Positions 8,353 to 17,500 of a stretch of DNA of 53,915 nucleotides are shown here, piece by piece (positions within the stretch are counted from its first letter, which is position 1; every line of letters starts with the position of its first letter). The notes under the pieces were generated by a model. It was not told the DNA's origin. It ran no database searches and saw only the letters and a program-made list of their open reading frames with translations. Both the position numbers and the translations under genes were made by a program. This DNA is from an uncultured Clostridia bacterium (GTDB lineage Bacteria > Bacillota > Clostridia > Oscillospirales > CAG-272): contig CANPFW010000004.1 in the NCBI GenBank assembly GCA_947573405.1, positions 1 through 53,915 on the forward strand. The letters are read 5' to 3'.

Positions 8353-10672
8353 GCGGATGGCAGTCGTGTTCATTACACGGATGGATGAAGGCGAGTCCAA
8401 GCAGGAGGGCATTTGTATCAAGTGCGCAAAGGAATTGGGCATTAAACCTGTGAATGATATTATATCGAAAATGGGTCTCAGCGATGAAGATGTAGACCGT
8501 ATGTCTGAGGAAATGCAGGATATTATGGACGGTATCGCAAACGGTGAAGACCCTCTTGGCCTGGAAAGGGAAGAAGGTCTTGTACCCGGCGGAGAGGATG
8601 AGTCCCGCGCCCCGGCTGTAGATTTCGGCAAACTTATGCGGGAAGGAATGGCTGCTGCCGGAAATCTTCCTGAAAAGAAAAAGCCGCCGAAGGATAAAGG
8701 ACAAAAAGGAGAAAGCGGAGAAGCGCGAAAGAAAAAAGAGCGCAAATTCCTCACTACCTATTGTCAGAATATAACGGAAAAAGCTGCCATGGGTGGCTTG
8801 GATAAAGTGGTCGGCAGAGAACGGGAACTGGATCGGGTGATTCAGATTCTGTGCCGCCGTCAGAAGAATAACCCCTGTCTGATCGGTGAACCCGGCGTAG
8901 GAAAAACGGCAATTGCCGAAGCACTTGCCCAGAAGATTGTGGCTGGGGATGTGCCATATAAACTGCGGGGAAAAGAACTGTTCCTGATGGATCTTACCGC
9001 GCTTGTGGCAGGAACCCAGTTTCGCGGACAGTTTGAATCCCGTGTGCTGGGACTGCTTAACGAAGTAAAGGCGGCAGGAAATATTATTCTTGTCATTGAC
9101 GAGGTCCATAATATTGTGGGGGCAGGTGACGCGGAAGGATCCATGAATGCCGCCAATATTATGAAGCCTGCACTGTCCCGGGGAGAAATCCAGGTTGTAG
9201 GTGCTACAACTATGACAGAATACCGCAAATATATCGAAAAGGATTCTGCGTTGGAACGCCGCTTCCAGCCGGTTACTGTGGAAGAACCCAGTCTGGCAGA
9301 CAGCGAGGATGTTCTGCAGGGAATCAAGCATTATTATGAAGCGTACCACGGTATCCGTATTCCGGAAAAGGTACTCCGTGCCGCAGTGGTTATGAGCGAA
9401 CGCTACATTACAGACCGGTATCTGCCCGATAAGGCGATTGATTTGATTGATGAAGCTGCCGCACATATTTCTCTTTCCAGTCCCGTAATCAACGAGCGGT
9501 ATGAACTGGGTGATCGTCTCATCTCTATTGAAAAGGAACAGACGGCGCTGGAAGCTGCCGCTGAGTCCGGCGAGGGAGACAGCGATGACACATACCGTCG
9601 CTTGGCAGATATCAAGGTAGAACAACTGCGTATGCAGAATCGGATTGAAGAATTGAAGCCCCTTTGCGATGCGGTAGAAATGACAGAAGCGGATCTGGCG
9701 GACGTGATAGAGATTTGGACGGGAATTCCTGCGTCCTCTATTACAGAAGATGAATATGCCCGGTTGGAAGGGCTGGGAGAGCGGCTGCGGGAAAGAATCG
9801 TGGGACAGGATGAGGCTGTGGACGCGGTGGTTCGCGCCGTGCGGCGCTCCAGAACCGGTGTATCTCCTAAGCGTAAACCGGTATCCTTTATTTTTGCAGG
9901 TCCTACCGGCGTCGGTAAAACGGAGCTGGTAAAGGTGCTTGCAGCGGACTTGTTTTCTTCTCCGGAAACGCTGATCCGACTGGATATGAGCGAATTTATG
10001 GATAAATTCTCCGTTTCCAGAATCGTAGGTGCGCCTCCCGGATATGTGGGTTATGACGATGGGGGACAGCTTACGGAAAAGATTCGCCGCAGACCGTATT
10101 CTGTTGTGTTGTTTGATGAAATCGAAAAGGCGCATCCGGATGTAATGAACATTCTTCTGCAAATTTTGGATGACGGACGCATTACAGATGCACATGGCAA
10201 AACGGTAAGCTTTGAAAATACGGTAATCGTTATGACTACCAATGCGGGAAGCTCCGGCGGTATGGCGATGGCTGGCTTTACGGAAAGTGGCGACATGCGT
10301 ACAAAGGAAAAGACACAAAAGGCGCTTTCTGATTTTCTGCGTCCGGAATTTCTGAACCGGGTGGATGAGGTTATTACATTCCGTGCATTGGATTTGGAAG
10401 ACTTTAAGCGGATTGCCGCAATTATGCTGGAGGATCTGAAAAAGTCTCTCGCCGAAAAGTATATCCGGTTCCACTATACAGACGCGGCCGCTGCATATAT
10501 CGCAAAGCAGTCGTTCTCCGTGAAATACGGAGCCCGGAATATGCGGCGGTATATTCAAACAGCGGTTGAAGATCAGGCTGCGGAAAAAATTGTGGCGCTG
10601 CGGGGACAGCTTTCCGCTATCAGCGTAGATGTTGGTGTGGATCGGGACAGTTTGTCCGTGACGGCAATCTAA
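8327..10672 (+). CDS. Clp protease ATP-binding subunit with N-terminal Zn finger (ClpC/ClpE-like)
   Basis: CARC...CIKC; two AAA+ modules GEPGVGKT and GPTGVGKT; RLDMSEF, GAPPGYVGY. Confidence 0.92.
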   Translation: MVMCARCHKRMAVVFITRMDEGESKQEGICIKCAKELGIKPVNDIISKMGLSDEDVDRMSEEMQDIMDGIANGEDPLGLEREEGLVPGGEDESRAPAVDFGKLMREGMAAAGNLPEKKKPPKDKGQKGESGEARKKKERKFLTTYCQNITEKAAMGGLDKVVGRERELDRVIQILCRRQKNNPCLIGEPGVGKTAIAEALAQKIVAGDVPYKLRGKELFLMDLTALVAGTQFRGQFESRVLGLLNEVKAAGNIILVIDEVHNIVGAGDAEGSMNAANIMKPALSRGEIQVVGATTMTEYRKYIEKDSALERRFQPVTVEEPSLADSEDVLQGIKHYYEAYHGIRIPEKVLRAAVVMSERYITDRYLPDKAIDLIDEAAAHISLSSPVINERYELGDRLISIEKEQTALEAAAESGEGDSDDTYRRLADIKVEQLRMQNRIEELKPLCDAVEMTEADLADVIEIWTGIPASSITEDEYARLEGLGERLRERIVGQDEAVDAVVRAVRRSRTGVSPKRKPVSFIFAGPTGVGKTELVKVLAADLFSSPETLIRLDMSEFMDKFSVSRIVGAPPGYVGYDDGGQLTEKIRRRPYSVVLFDEIEKAHPDVMNILLQILDDGRITDAHGKTVSFENTVIVMTTNAGSSGGMAMAGFTESGDMRTKEKTQKALSDFLRPEFLNRVDEVITFRALDLEDFKRIAAIMLEDLKKSLAEKYIRFHYTDAAAAYIAKQSFSVKYGARNMRRYIQTAVEDQAAEKIVALRGQLSAISVDVGVDRDSLSVTAI

Positions 10673-10704
10673 TTGAATTGTAGATAAGTTGATTTGGAGC
10701 ATAT

Positions 10705-13491
10705 ATGAAACAGGATAGAAATTGGCATCACCTGACTGTCGAGGAACTCTCTTCTGTTTTCAAAACAGACAGCGTGACAGGACTAACAGATCGCGAAGCA
10801 GCCCGTCGGCTGCGCAGGGGAACCAATAAAATATGGGTTGTGCGGAGCGTGTCCTTCAAACGGTACGCCGGACGGTCTCTGGCTGATTTTTCTACAGTGC
10901 TTCTTGTAATCACGGCGCTTCTTGCGGCGGTTTTCGGTAATGGAGCCGAAACCGCCGCTATTTGCGTTATGCTTGCAGCTGCACGCTGCACGCGGATTAT
11001 TACATACGTATGCGCCCAACATATCTTTGAAAAAAATGCGGCAGCTTCGCTCCCGCGGGCGCGGGTCGTGCGCGCAGGCACTGTAAAAACAATTCCAGCG
11101 GATCAGGTTGTTCCCGGGGATGTGATCGTTTTGGATGCCGGTGATACGGTCCCCTGCGATGTGCGGCTTACTGCAGCGGATCACGTGCTTGTTTCCGAAG
11201 GGCAGCTTACAGAAAATGAAGGCATCACCGCAAAAAACGCCCAGGACATCCCGGCAGGGCAGGAAACGCCGATTTCTTTGCGAACCAACATGCTGTATGC
11301 GTCTTCTGCTGTGGTCAGCGGTTTTTGTATGGGGATGGCTGTCGCTACCGGAGAAAACACTTTGGTTTATGCCAGAGAGGGACAAATTGAATTGTCCGGC
11401 GGTGAAAAGCTTCCTGTGCTGGAAAAATTATCAGATTTGGGTCGTCAATGCAGCTTGGGACTGATTTTGATTGCCTTAGTGGCTTGTATAGTTGGCACGG
11501 TGATTGGAAAACTGGATCTTTTCACTGTGTTTCTGCCTGCAATCGCTGCGGCATCCGCATGTTTAAATGAGTATATCAGCGCAGCCGGAGCAATGGCATG
11601 GGCTGCTGCATTATATCGGAAGAATAAAAGCGAAGCGGTTTTCAGAGATGCAGCTGCGGCGGATAAAGCGGCGGATGTGGAAGTACTGTTTCTTCGTTCG
11701 TCTGACGCATTGAAAAGCGAGAAGGTTTCTTTTCATGCATATTATACAGGTGAAACCTATCAGACTGTTTCGGACGCTGCAGACGATGTGCCGGTGCGCC
11801 TTTTATACCTAGCACATTGCGCAACGGGAACAGCGCCGGGAGGTGCTTTGTATACCGGACAGGCAGGAGCACAGCCGGAGCAGGGAGGAGTTCTTCCATA
11901 TTCTGTTGTGCGCTCCTTATGGGAGGAACAAAGACTTACGTCGGTGGCAGAATCCGACCGCTTCATGGTTACAGAGCATATTGGCGCCGGACAGGCAGAA
12001 TCCTGCGGAATGGACAGTGCACTTTTGACAAGGGACGGGGCATTTTATTTTACCTGTCTTGGAAGAACGGAAGCGCTTCTTTCCCAATGTACAACACAGC
12101 GGGTAAATGGAGAAACAATCCCCCTCACCCCGGAAAAACGGGAAAAAATCTTGTCTCTTGTCTCCTCATTGACCGGACAGGGTGTGACGGTGGCGGCAGT
12201 GGGATTCCGCAGCTCCCATTATAACAGTCTGCGTCGTATCTCCGTTCTTCAATCCAATTTATGTTTTGAAGGATTTATCGCGGTATCCCAGCGTCCCCAG
12301 GCGGAAACCCTTGCAGATTTGCGTGCTTTCCGCCGGGATGGGGGACGTGTTGTGTTATTTTCGGACGGCTCAAAAGAAGATCGCTGTTTTGCGCAGGCGC
12401 AGGGAATTTTAGGAAAAGAGGATATTTATATAACGCGGCAGGAAAGCGCTGCCGTCCGAACGCTTCCTCTTGAACCCGGAAAATTAACTATGGTCAGCAT
12501 TCCCGGCGGAATGGACGGAATCCGAGAAAGAGTGCGGTATATCCGTATGAGTGGGGACAGCGGGCTGTGCCGTGGATATCTCGGCTGGGGCGTTGAGGAT
12601 ATGTGGACGATGCAGCAGGCGGACATCGCTTTTGCAGCTCCTGTGCCGGGAAAGTACGGCGCAGATATTCCGCCGGTTCTCCGCGTGACTGCCCATGGTA
12701 TAACAGGCGCCGGATCAGGCGGATTCAGACCAATGATGGATATGATTATGCGCTGTCGTGCCGCAGTGCGGAATATACATAATATGTTGTCTTATCTGGT
12801 TGTTTCCCATATGGCGCGGGTGGTTCTGCTCCTTGTATGTGCTGCTGCGGGACTGCCCTTGCTTTCTGCTTCCCAAATGGTATTTTGGGGTATGATTCTG
12901 GATTTTTCTGCGGCGGCAGCGGTTGCACTGGTTCCAGCCGGAAAATCTGTTTCTTTACTGCATCGGAAAAAAGAAGAAACGGATGCTGCAGAAAATGATG
13001 TGGTAAACGCTTTGCCCATGCATCAGAAAGGCATTTTAGACAGAGAAGCAACGGGCACTTTGCTGCTGGCATTATACGGTACGCTGCTTGCTGTGCTTGC
13101 AGTAATCTCTCCATATCTGGGACGAACGTTAATCGGTCTCTTGGGACCGTCCTGCAATTTAACTCCGATAGTACAGCAAAGCTGTATGTTTTTGTCCTGT
13201 GTTTGCGTGATCCCTTTTGTTGCTGCGGAATTTGGCGGCGGTGGATTATTTCGCAAAAACGCTGTATATGGACAGTTTATATGGGTTCCGTATTTGGCTG
13301 CCGTCCTTGGAATTGTCTGGACATTCGTCTCCGGCGGGCTGACCGCCGGCTCAGATACGGCTGCTTTGGATACTGCGGCGCCGGGATGGCTGCTGTTTAT
13401 ATTTGCATTGCTTCCGGTTTTGATTTCTGCGGCGGCGCTTTCTGTGGTACGTGCATTGCTGAACCGACAAAAAAATCGAAAATGTAAATAA
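10705..13491 (+). CDS. P-type (type II-like) cation ATPase homologue with degenerate catalytic motifs
   Basis: GLT..EAARRL, VVPGDVIVLDAGDTVPCD, VATG.NT and TM layout retained; DKTGT, TGES, PEGL and GDGVND absent. Confidence 0.8.
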   Translation: MKQDRNWHHLTVEELSSVFKTDSVTGLTDREAARRLRRGTNKIWVVRSVSFKRYAGRSLADFSTVLLVITALLAAVFGNGAETAAICVMLAAARCTRIITYVCAQHIFEKNAAASLPRARVVRAGTVKTIPADQVVPGDVIVLDAGDTVPCDVRLTAADHVLVSEGQLTENEGITAKNAQDIPAGQETPISLRTNMLYASSAVVSGFCMGMAVATGENTLVYAREGQIELSGGEKLPVLEKLSDLGRQCSLGLILIALVACIVGTVIGKLDLFTVFLPAIAAASACLNEYISAAGAMAWAAALYRKNKSEAVFRDAAAADKAADVEVLFLRSSDALKSEKVSFHAYYTGETYQTVSDAADDVPVRLLYLAHCATGTAPGGALYTGQAGAQPEQGGVLPYSVVRSLWEEQRLTSVAESDRFMVTEHIGAGQAESCGMDSALLTRDGAFYFTCLGRTEALLSQCTTQRVNGETIPLTPEKREKILSLVSSLTGQGVTVAAVGFRSSHYNSLRRISVLQSNLCFEGFIAVSQRPQAETLADLRAFRRDGGRVVLFSDGSKEDRCFAQAQGILGKEDIYITRQESAAVRTLPLEPGKLTMVSIPGGMDGIRERVRYIRMSGDSGLCRGYLGWGVEDMWTMQQADIAFAAPVPGKYGADIPPVLRVTAHGITGAGSGGFRPMMDMIMRCRAAVRNIHNMLSYLVVSHMARVVLLLVCAAAGLPLLSASQMVFWGMILDFSAAAAVALVPAGKSVSLLHRKKEETDAAENDVVNALPMHQKGILDREATGTLLLALYGTLLAVLAVISPYLGRTLIGLLGPSCNLTPIVQQSCMFLSCVCVIPFVAAEFGGGGLFRKNAVYGQFIWVPYLAAVLGIVWTFVSGGLTAGSDTAALDTAAPGWLLFIFALLPVLISAAALSVVRALLNRQKNRKCK

Positions 13492-13604
13492 TTATCCAAT
13501 ATACGCAAAGGTGTTGTATTATCCGCCATTTTGTTATAAAATATGTGCAGTAACATTTTTAGCGAATACTGTATTGGAAAACTTATCAGGGAAGGAATAT
13601 AGTT

Positions 13605-14438
13605 ATGGAAGAACAAAATACATGTACACATGATTGTTCCACCTGCGGTGCAGACTGCGCTTCCAGGGGGGAGACGGAAATTCAAAAGGAACCGCTGAAT
13701 CCGGCTTCTTCTGTTCGCCATGTAATCGGCGTCGTATCCGGTAAAGGCGGTGTTGGAAAATCCATGGTCACTTCCATGCTTGCAACGGAAATGCGTCGGC
13801 GTTCCTGGGGTGTGGCAGTTCTGGATGCAGATATTACCGGTCCGTCTGTGCCTAAGGCATTCGGCGTGTCCGGTGGAGTAGAAGTCAGCGGGGAGACGAT
13901 GCTTCCTGCTTATACCAAAACGGGCATTCAGCTCATGTCCGTCAATCTTCTGCTGGAGGACGCCAGCAGTCCTGTTGTTTGGCGCGGCCCGGTGATTGCA
14001 GGCGCTGTAAAGCAGTTCTGGACAGACGTTATTTGGACGGATGTAGATTATATGTTTGTAGATATGCCTCCGGGAACAGGAGATGTTCCGCTTACCGTTT
14101 TTCAGTCGCTGCCGCTGGATGGAATTATCATTGTGACCACTCCGCAGGAGCTGGTTTCCATGATTGTAGAAAAAGCGGTCAATATGGCAAAGCTTATGAA
14201 CATTCCCATTTTGGGTATGGTTGAAAATATGTCTTACGCGATTTGTCCGGATTGCGGAAAGGAAATCCCCCTGTTCGGGGCAAGCCGTGCGGAAGAGGTT
14301 GCAAAAGAGTATGGTATACCGCTGCTTGCAAAGATTCCTTTGGATGGAAAGCTGACTTCATTGGTGGATAAAGGCGTGATTGAGTTGATGGAAAATGATT
14401 ATATTACACCAGCAGCGGATGCTGTAGAAGGTCTGTAA
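13605..14438 (+). CDS. Mrp/ApbC/NBP35 Fe-S cluster carrier ATPase
   Basis: SGKGGVGKS, DADITGPS, DMPPGTGD, CPDC. Confidence 0.92.
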   Translation: MEEQNTCTHDCSTCGADCASRGETEIQKEPLNPASSVRHVIGVVSGKGGVGKSMVTSMLATEMRRRSWGVAVLDADITGPSVPKAFGVSGGVEVSGETMLPAYTKTGIQLMSVNLLLEDASSPVVWRGPVIAGAVKQFWTDVIWTDVDYMFVDMPPGTGDVPLTVFQSLPLDGIIIVTTPQELVSMIVEKAVNMAKLMNIPILGMVENMSYAICPDCGKEIPLFGASRAEEVAKEYGIPLLAKIPLDGKLTSLVDKGVIELMENDYITPAADAVEGL

Positions 14439-14462
14439 GAAAATTTGTAAATTGCAAAAGCA

Positions 14463-15713
14463 ATGGCTGATAAAAACATGATAAAAAATCAAAAACGGCA
14501 GGAAAGTGTTTCAGTGGCTTTCCTGCCGAAACCCAAAAAGCGTCGGGCTGAAGATGATACCAGCCTGAATTTGAAGCATCTGCATGCGAAAAAGGATGCT
14601 GTATCGGAGCGAAAAAAACGCAGGCGGTTTTATGTTGGCATCGGTATTCCTGTGGGACTCATTTTGCTGCTTACCGTTTGTTATGTAATTTTTGTTTACT
14701 CATCCAATCCCTTTATCGCCCATTGGCGGGGGATCTGGATTGAAACGGCAATGACTACAGGGCGGCATCATTGGCTGGCGGAAAATTTTTTCCCGCAGCA
14801 TATTATTGATGAGGTTATGGCAAACATTGCCCGGGATGATGATGTGCTTGGAGGGGGAGACAGCCTTTCGACAAGCGAACCGGTGGATGAACCGGTGGAT
14901 GAACCGCCGGAACCGGTGGATATTCTGGATCAGAAAAATCTTGTGGTGGGCGGTAAGGATTACGCCGGGAACACAATTTTGATCAATGATATTGAACAGG
15001 GATTGGTTGTGTCGGAGATTGTCGGATCCGGATATCAGGGGAAGATTATGCTGGTAGACGATCCTTCCAGAGTGTATCTTGGAACTACGCAATATAAAAA
15101 CCAAACCGGCATGCGTATTTTGGATATGATGGATCACTACGGCGCCATTGCCGGAATCAATGCAAGCGGATTCCGTGATCCGGGCGGAGAAGGAAACGGC
15201 GGCGTTGTAGTAGGAATCAGCTGTTCCCAGGGGCAATATTGGGGAGACTTTGTAGATTATTACGGCAGTATTGTTCTGACAACGGATCATAAATTGGTGG
15301 TTGGTAATATTTCTCTTTGGAGTACATATACCAACATTCGGGATGGAATTCAATTTAGCCCTGTGCTGATAGCAGACGGGGTGAAGCAGGTGTCCGGTTC
15401 GGCAGGCTACGGCTTGCAGCCGCGCACGGCAATCGGTCAGCGGGCGGACGGGGTGATCGTCATGCTGATTATAGACGGACGGGATGTTTCTTACTCTATT
15501 GGTTGTACAGTTGGAGACATGGCGGACATTCTTAGCGCATATAATGTAATCAATGCATCCAGTTGTGACGGCGGTGCTTCCAGCGTGCTGGCATACAAAG
15601 GAGAAGTGATTACGAAAAACTGTTCTGCGAATCCGTCTCTCGGACGCATCCTTCCGAATGCGTTCTTAGTTGCCCCGAAAGAAAATACGGGCGCAAAAGG
15701 AGGGGCTGAATAG
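14463..15713 (+). CDS. Membrane-anchored phosphodiester glycosidase family protein (NAGPA/DUF2233-like)
   Basis: GINASGF, PRTAIGQ, IIDGR, DGGASS; one TM helix. Confidence 0.8.
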   Translation: MADKNMIKNQKRQESVSVAFLPKPKKRRAEDDTSLNLKHLHAKKDAVSERKKRRRFYVGIGIPVGLILLLTVCYVIFVYSSNPFIAHWRGIWIETAMTTGRHHWLAENFFPQHIIDEVMANIARDDDVLGGGDSLSTSEPVDEPVDEPPEPVDILDQKNLVVGGKDYAGNTILINDIEQGLVVSEIVGSGYQGKIMLVDDPSRVYLGTTQYKNQTGMRILDMMDHYGAIAGINASGFRDPGGEGNGGVVVGISCSQGQYWGDFVDYYGSIVLTTDHKLVVGNISLWSTYTNIRDGIQFSPVLIADGVKQVSGSAGYGLQPRTAIGQRADGVIVMLIIDGRDVSYSIGCTVGDMADILSAYNVINASSCDGGASSVLAYKGEVITKNCSANPSLGRILPNAFLVAPKENTGAKGGAE

Positions 15714-15726
15714 CTCCTCTTTTTTT
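15699..15726 (+). terminator. Intrinsic terminator
   Basis: GGAGGGGCT-GAAT-AGCTCCTCT followed by a T run. Confidence 0.6.
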
Positions 15727-15735
15727 GTAATGGCT

Positions 15736-15840
15736 GGCCCCTTTGTGCAAAGGAAACTGTCGCGAAACTATAATTAAAAAGCCTCCCTTTACACAAGGGA
15801 GGCTTAAAGATGGATATGGCAGCGCCACTTCTCCGGGAGG
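15736..15840. repeat. Palindromic repeat family locus B (end units only)
   Basis: GGCCCCTTTGTGCAAAGG and GCCTCCCTTTACACAAGGGAGGC. Confidence 0.8.
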
Positions 15841-16036
15841 TTGCGTGATAACTCCTTTACCAAGGCAGATTTACGCGTTTTTTCTCGCTTTTTTGCCAAT
15901 ACCATATCAAAATGGGTGAATTGTTAAAATAAAACATGAAAAAAATCAATAAAATTGCCGTAAACTATGGAAATCCCTAATATTTTATTGTATAATATTG
16001 AAGATAACATACTTGTTCAGGAGGACAGGAATATCT

Positions 16037-16534
16037 ATGAAAAAGAAACTCACGTCAGTAGAATTTACTGACAATCCGGAATTGAGCGCCCGTTTGGATG
16101 AAATCATCGAGCAGCACAAGGATGAAAAGGGCGCGCTGATGCCGATTATGCAGAAGGCACAGGAAATTTACGGCTATCTCCCGCCTGAGGTGCAGAAGCA
16201 TATCGCTATCAAAATGGGCGTGCCTGTTTCTGAAGTGTTTGGCGTTGCAACCTTTTATTCGCAGTTTTTGCTCAACCCCAAGGGTCAGTGCCCTGTAAGC
16301 GTATGCCTGGGCACAGCCTGCTATGTAAAAGGCAGCGGTCTTTTAATGGAAAAGTTGGAATCTGAACTGGGGATTTCCAGTGGCGGTATTACAGATGACG
16401 GTAAATTCAGTCTGGAAGCAACCCGCTGCATTGGCGCATGCGGATTGGCTCCTGTGCTTACTGTAGGTGAGGATGTTTACGGAAGATTGGTACCGGACGA
16501 CATTCCTGGAATTATTGCAAAATATCAGGGCTGA
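16037..16534 (+). CDS. NuoE-like [2Fe-2S] subunit of multimeric [FeFe] hydrogenase (HydC/HndA)
   Basis: VATFYSQF, CLGTAC, CIGACGLAP. Confidence 0.9.
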   Translation: MKKKLTSVEFTDNPELSARLDEIIEQHKDEKGALMPIMQKAQEIYGYLPPEVQKHIAIKMGVPVSEVFGVATFYSQFLLNPKGQCPVSVCLGTACYVKGSGLLMEKLESELGISSGGITDDGKFSLEATRCIGACGLAPVLTVGEDVYGRLVPDDIPGIIAKYQG

Positions 16535-16585
16535 GAAAAACACTTCCTGCAAAGAGTATCTGTGCAGATATCAAATCGGAAAGGC

Positions 16586-16954
16586 ATGGGCAGAATTTTG
16601 AAAATCAGACAAATCAAAGAACTTCTGAACGCCGAGCTTCTGTGCGGTGAGGATCAGCTGGACAGAGAGGTTTATTCGGCCTGCAGCAGCGATATGATGA
16701 GCGATGTGCTTGCTTTTGTGAAGGATCAGGCGGTGCTTCTTACCGGATTGGTTAATCCTCAGGTGATGCGCACCGCGGAAATGATGGATATGCACTGTGT
16801 CGTCTTTGTGCGCGGAAAAAATCCTACGCCGGAGATGATAGAACTTGCAGAGGGCAGCGGAATTGTTGTGATGCATTCCGCTTTGCGGATGTATGAGGCT
16901 TGCGGCACATTGTACAGCGCCGGTCTCAACGGAACGAAAGTGGCGGCAGAATGA
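16586..16954 (+). CDS. DRTGG domain protein
   Basis: SDMMSDVL, LLTGL, VFVRGK; start uncertain (16586 ATG or 16598 TTG). Confidence 0.8.
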   Translation: MGRILKIRQIKELLNAELLCGEDQLDREVYSACSSDMMSDVLAFVKDQAVLLTGLVNPQVMRTAEMMDMHCVVFVRGKNPTPEMIELAEGSGIVVMHSALRMYEACGTLYSAGLNGTKVAAE

Positions 16955-17376
16955 CGGACGCAGGAATAAATTTTCATTTTGATGTGGACGGTGATGATTT
17001 TTCTTCTGCCGGTGCAGCATCGGTGGAAGTGAAGAAAAATCTTCGCCAGCTTGGATTTCCCCCGGATGTGATCCGAAAAGTGGCAATTGCCATGTATGAG
17101 GGTGAAATCAATATGGTGATTCATGCGAACGGAGGCACCGCGGATGTGTTTGTGCTGCCGGATGAAATTACTATGGTGCTGCGGGACCAGGGACCGGGAA
17201 TTGCAGATGTTTCTCTTGCAATGCAGGAGGGATTTTCAACTGCCCGGGACAATATTCGTTCCCTTGGCTTTGGAGCCGGTATGGGGCTGCCGAATATGAA
17301 AAAATATACAGATACTATGGAAATTGAAACGGAGCTTGGTAAGGGTACGAAAATTATTATGAAGGTAAAGGTGTAA
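16951..17376 (+). CDS. Anti-sigma-factor-type Ser/Thr kinase (RsbT/RsbW-like GHKL)
   Basis: E.EIN..IHA N-box, DQGPGI, GFGAGMGLPN. Confidence 0.85.
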   Translation: MTDAGINFHFDVDGDDFSSAGAASVEVKKNLRQLGFPPDVIRKVAIAMYEGEINMVIHANGGTADVFVLPDEITMVLRDQGPGIADVSLAMQEGFSTARDNIRSLGFGAGMGLPNMKKYTDTMEIETELGKGTKIIMKVKV

Positions 17377-17500
17377 GCCGCCAACCTTCTGTCGGTTGTG
17401 GAATGGATCGGTTTGAGAGCGTTGTGATACAGCTTGTGTTTGGCGCTCATACAGAGGCGTATTTTGCACAGGCAAAATCGTCGCAAATTCAGAAAAGGAC

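Noticed and set aside
8279-10702. 807-aa minus-strand ORF (similarly 22887-24206, 35293-36465, 2798-3835)
   Set aside because: Antisense shadows of well-supported + strand genes with no recognisable motifs.
14877-14922. GAACCGGTGGAT tandem repeat
   Set aside because: Encodes an ordinary EPVD-rich linker in a membrane-anchored enzyme.
15915-15940. Rex operator upstream of the hydrogenase operon
   Set aside because: TTGTTAAAATAAAACA has one good half-site but the spacing is 1 bp short of the Rex palindrome; not supportable by eye.
17377-17500. Riboswitch-like structure before the sensory hydrogenase
   Set aside because: Only short hairpins, with no recognisable aptamer or expression platform.
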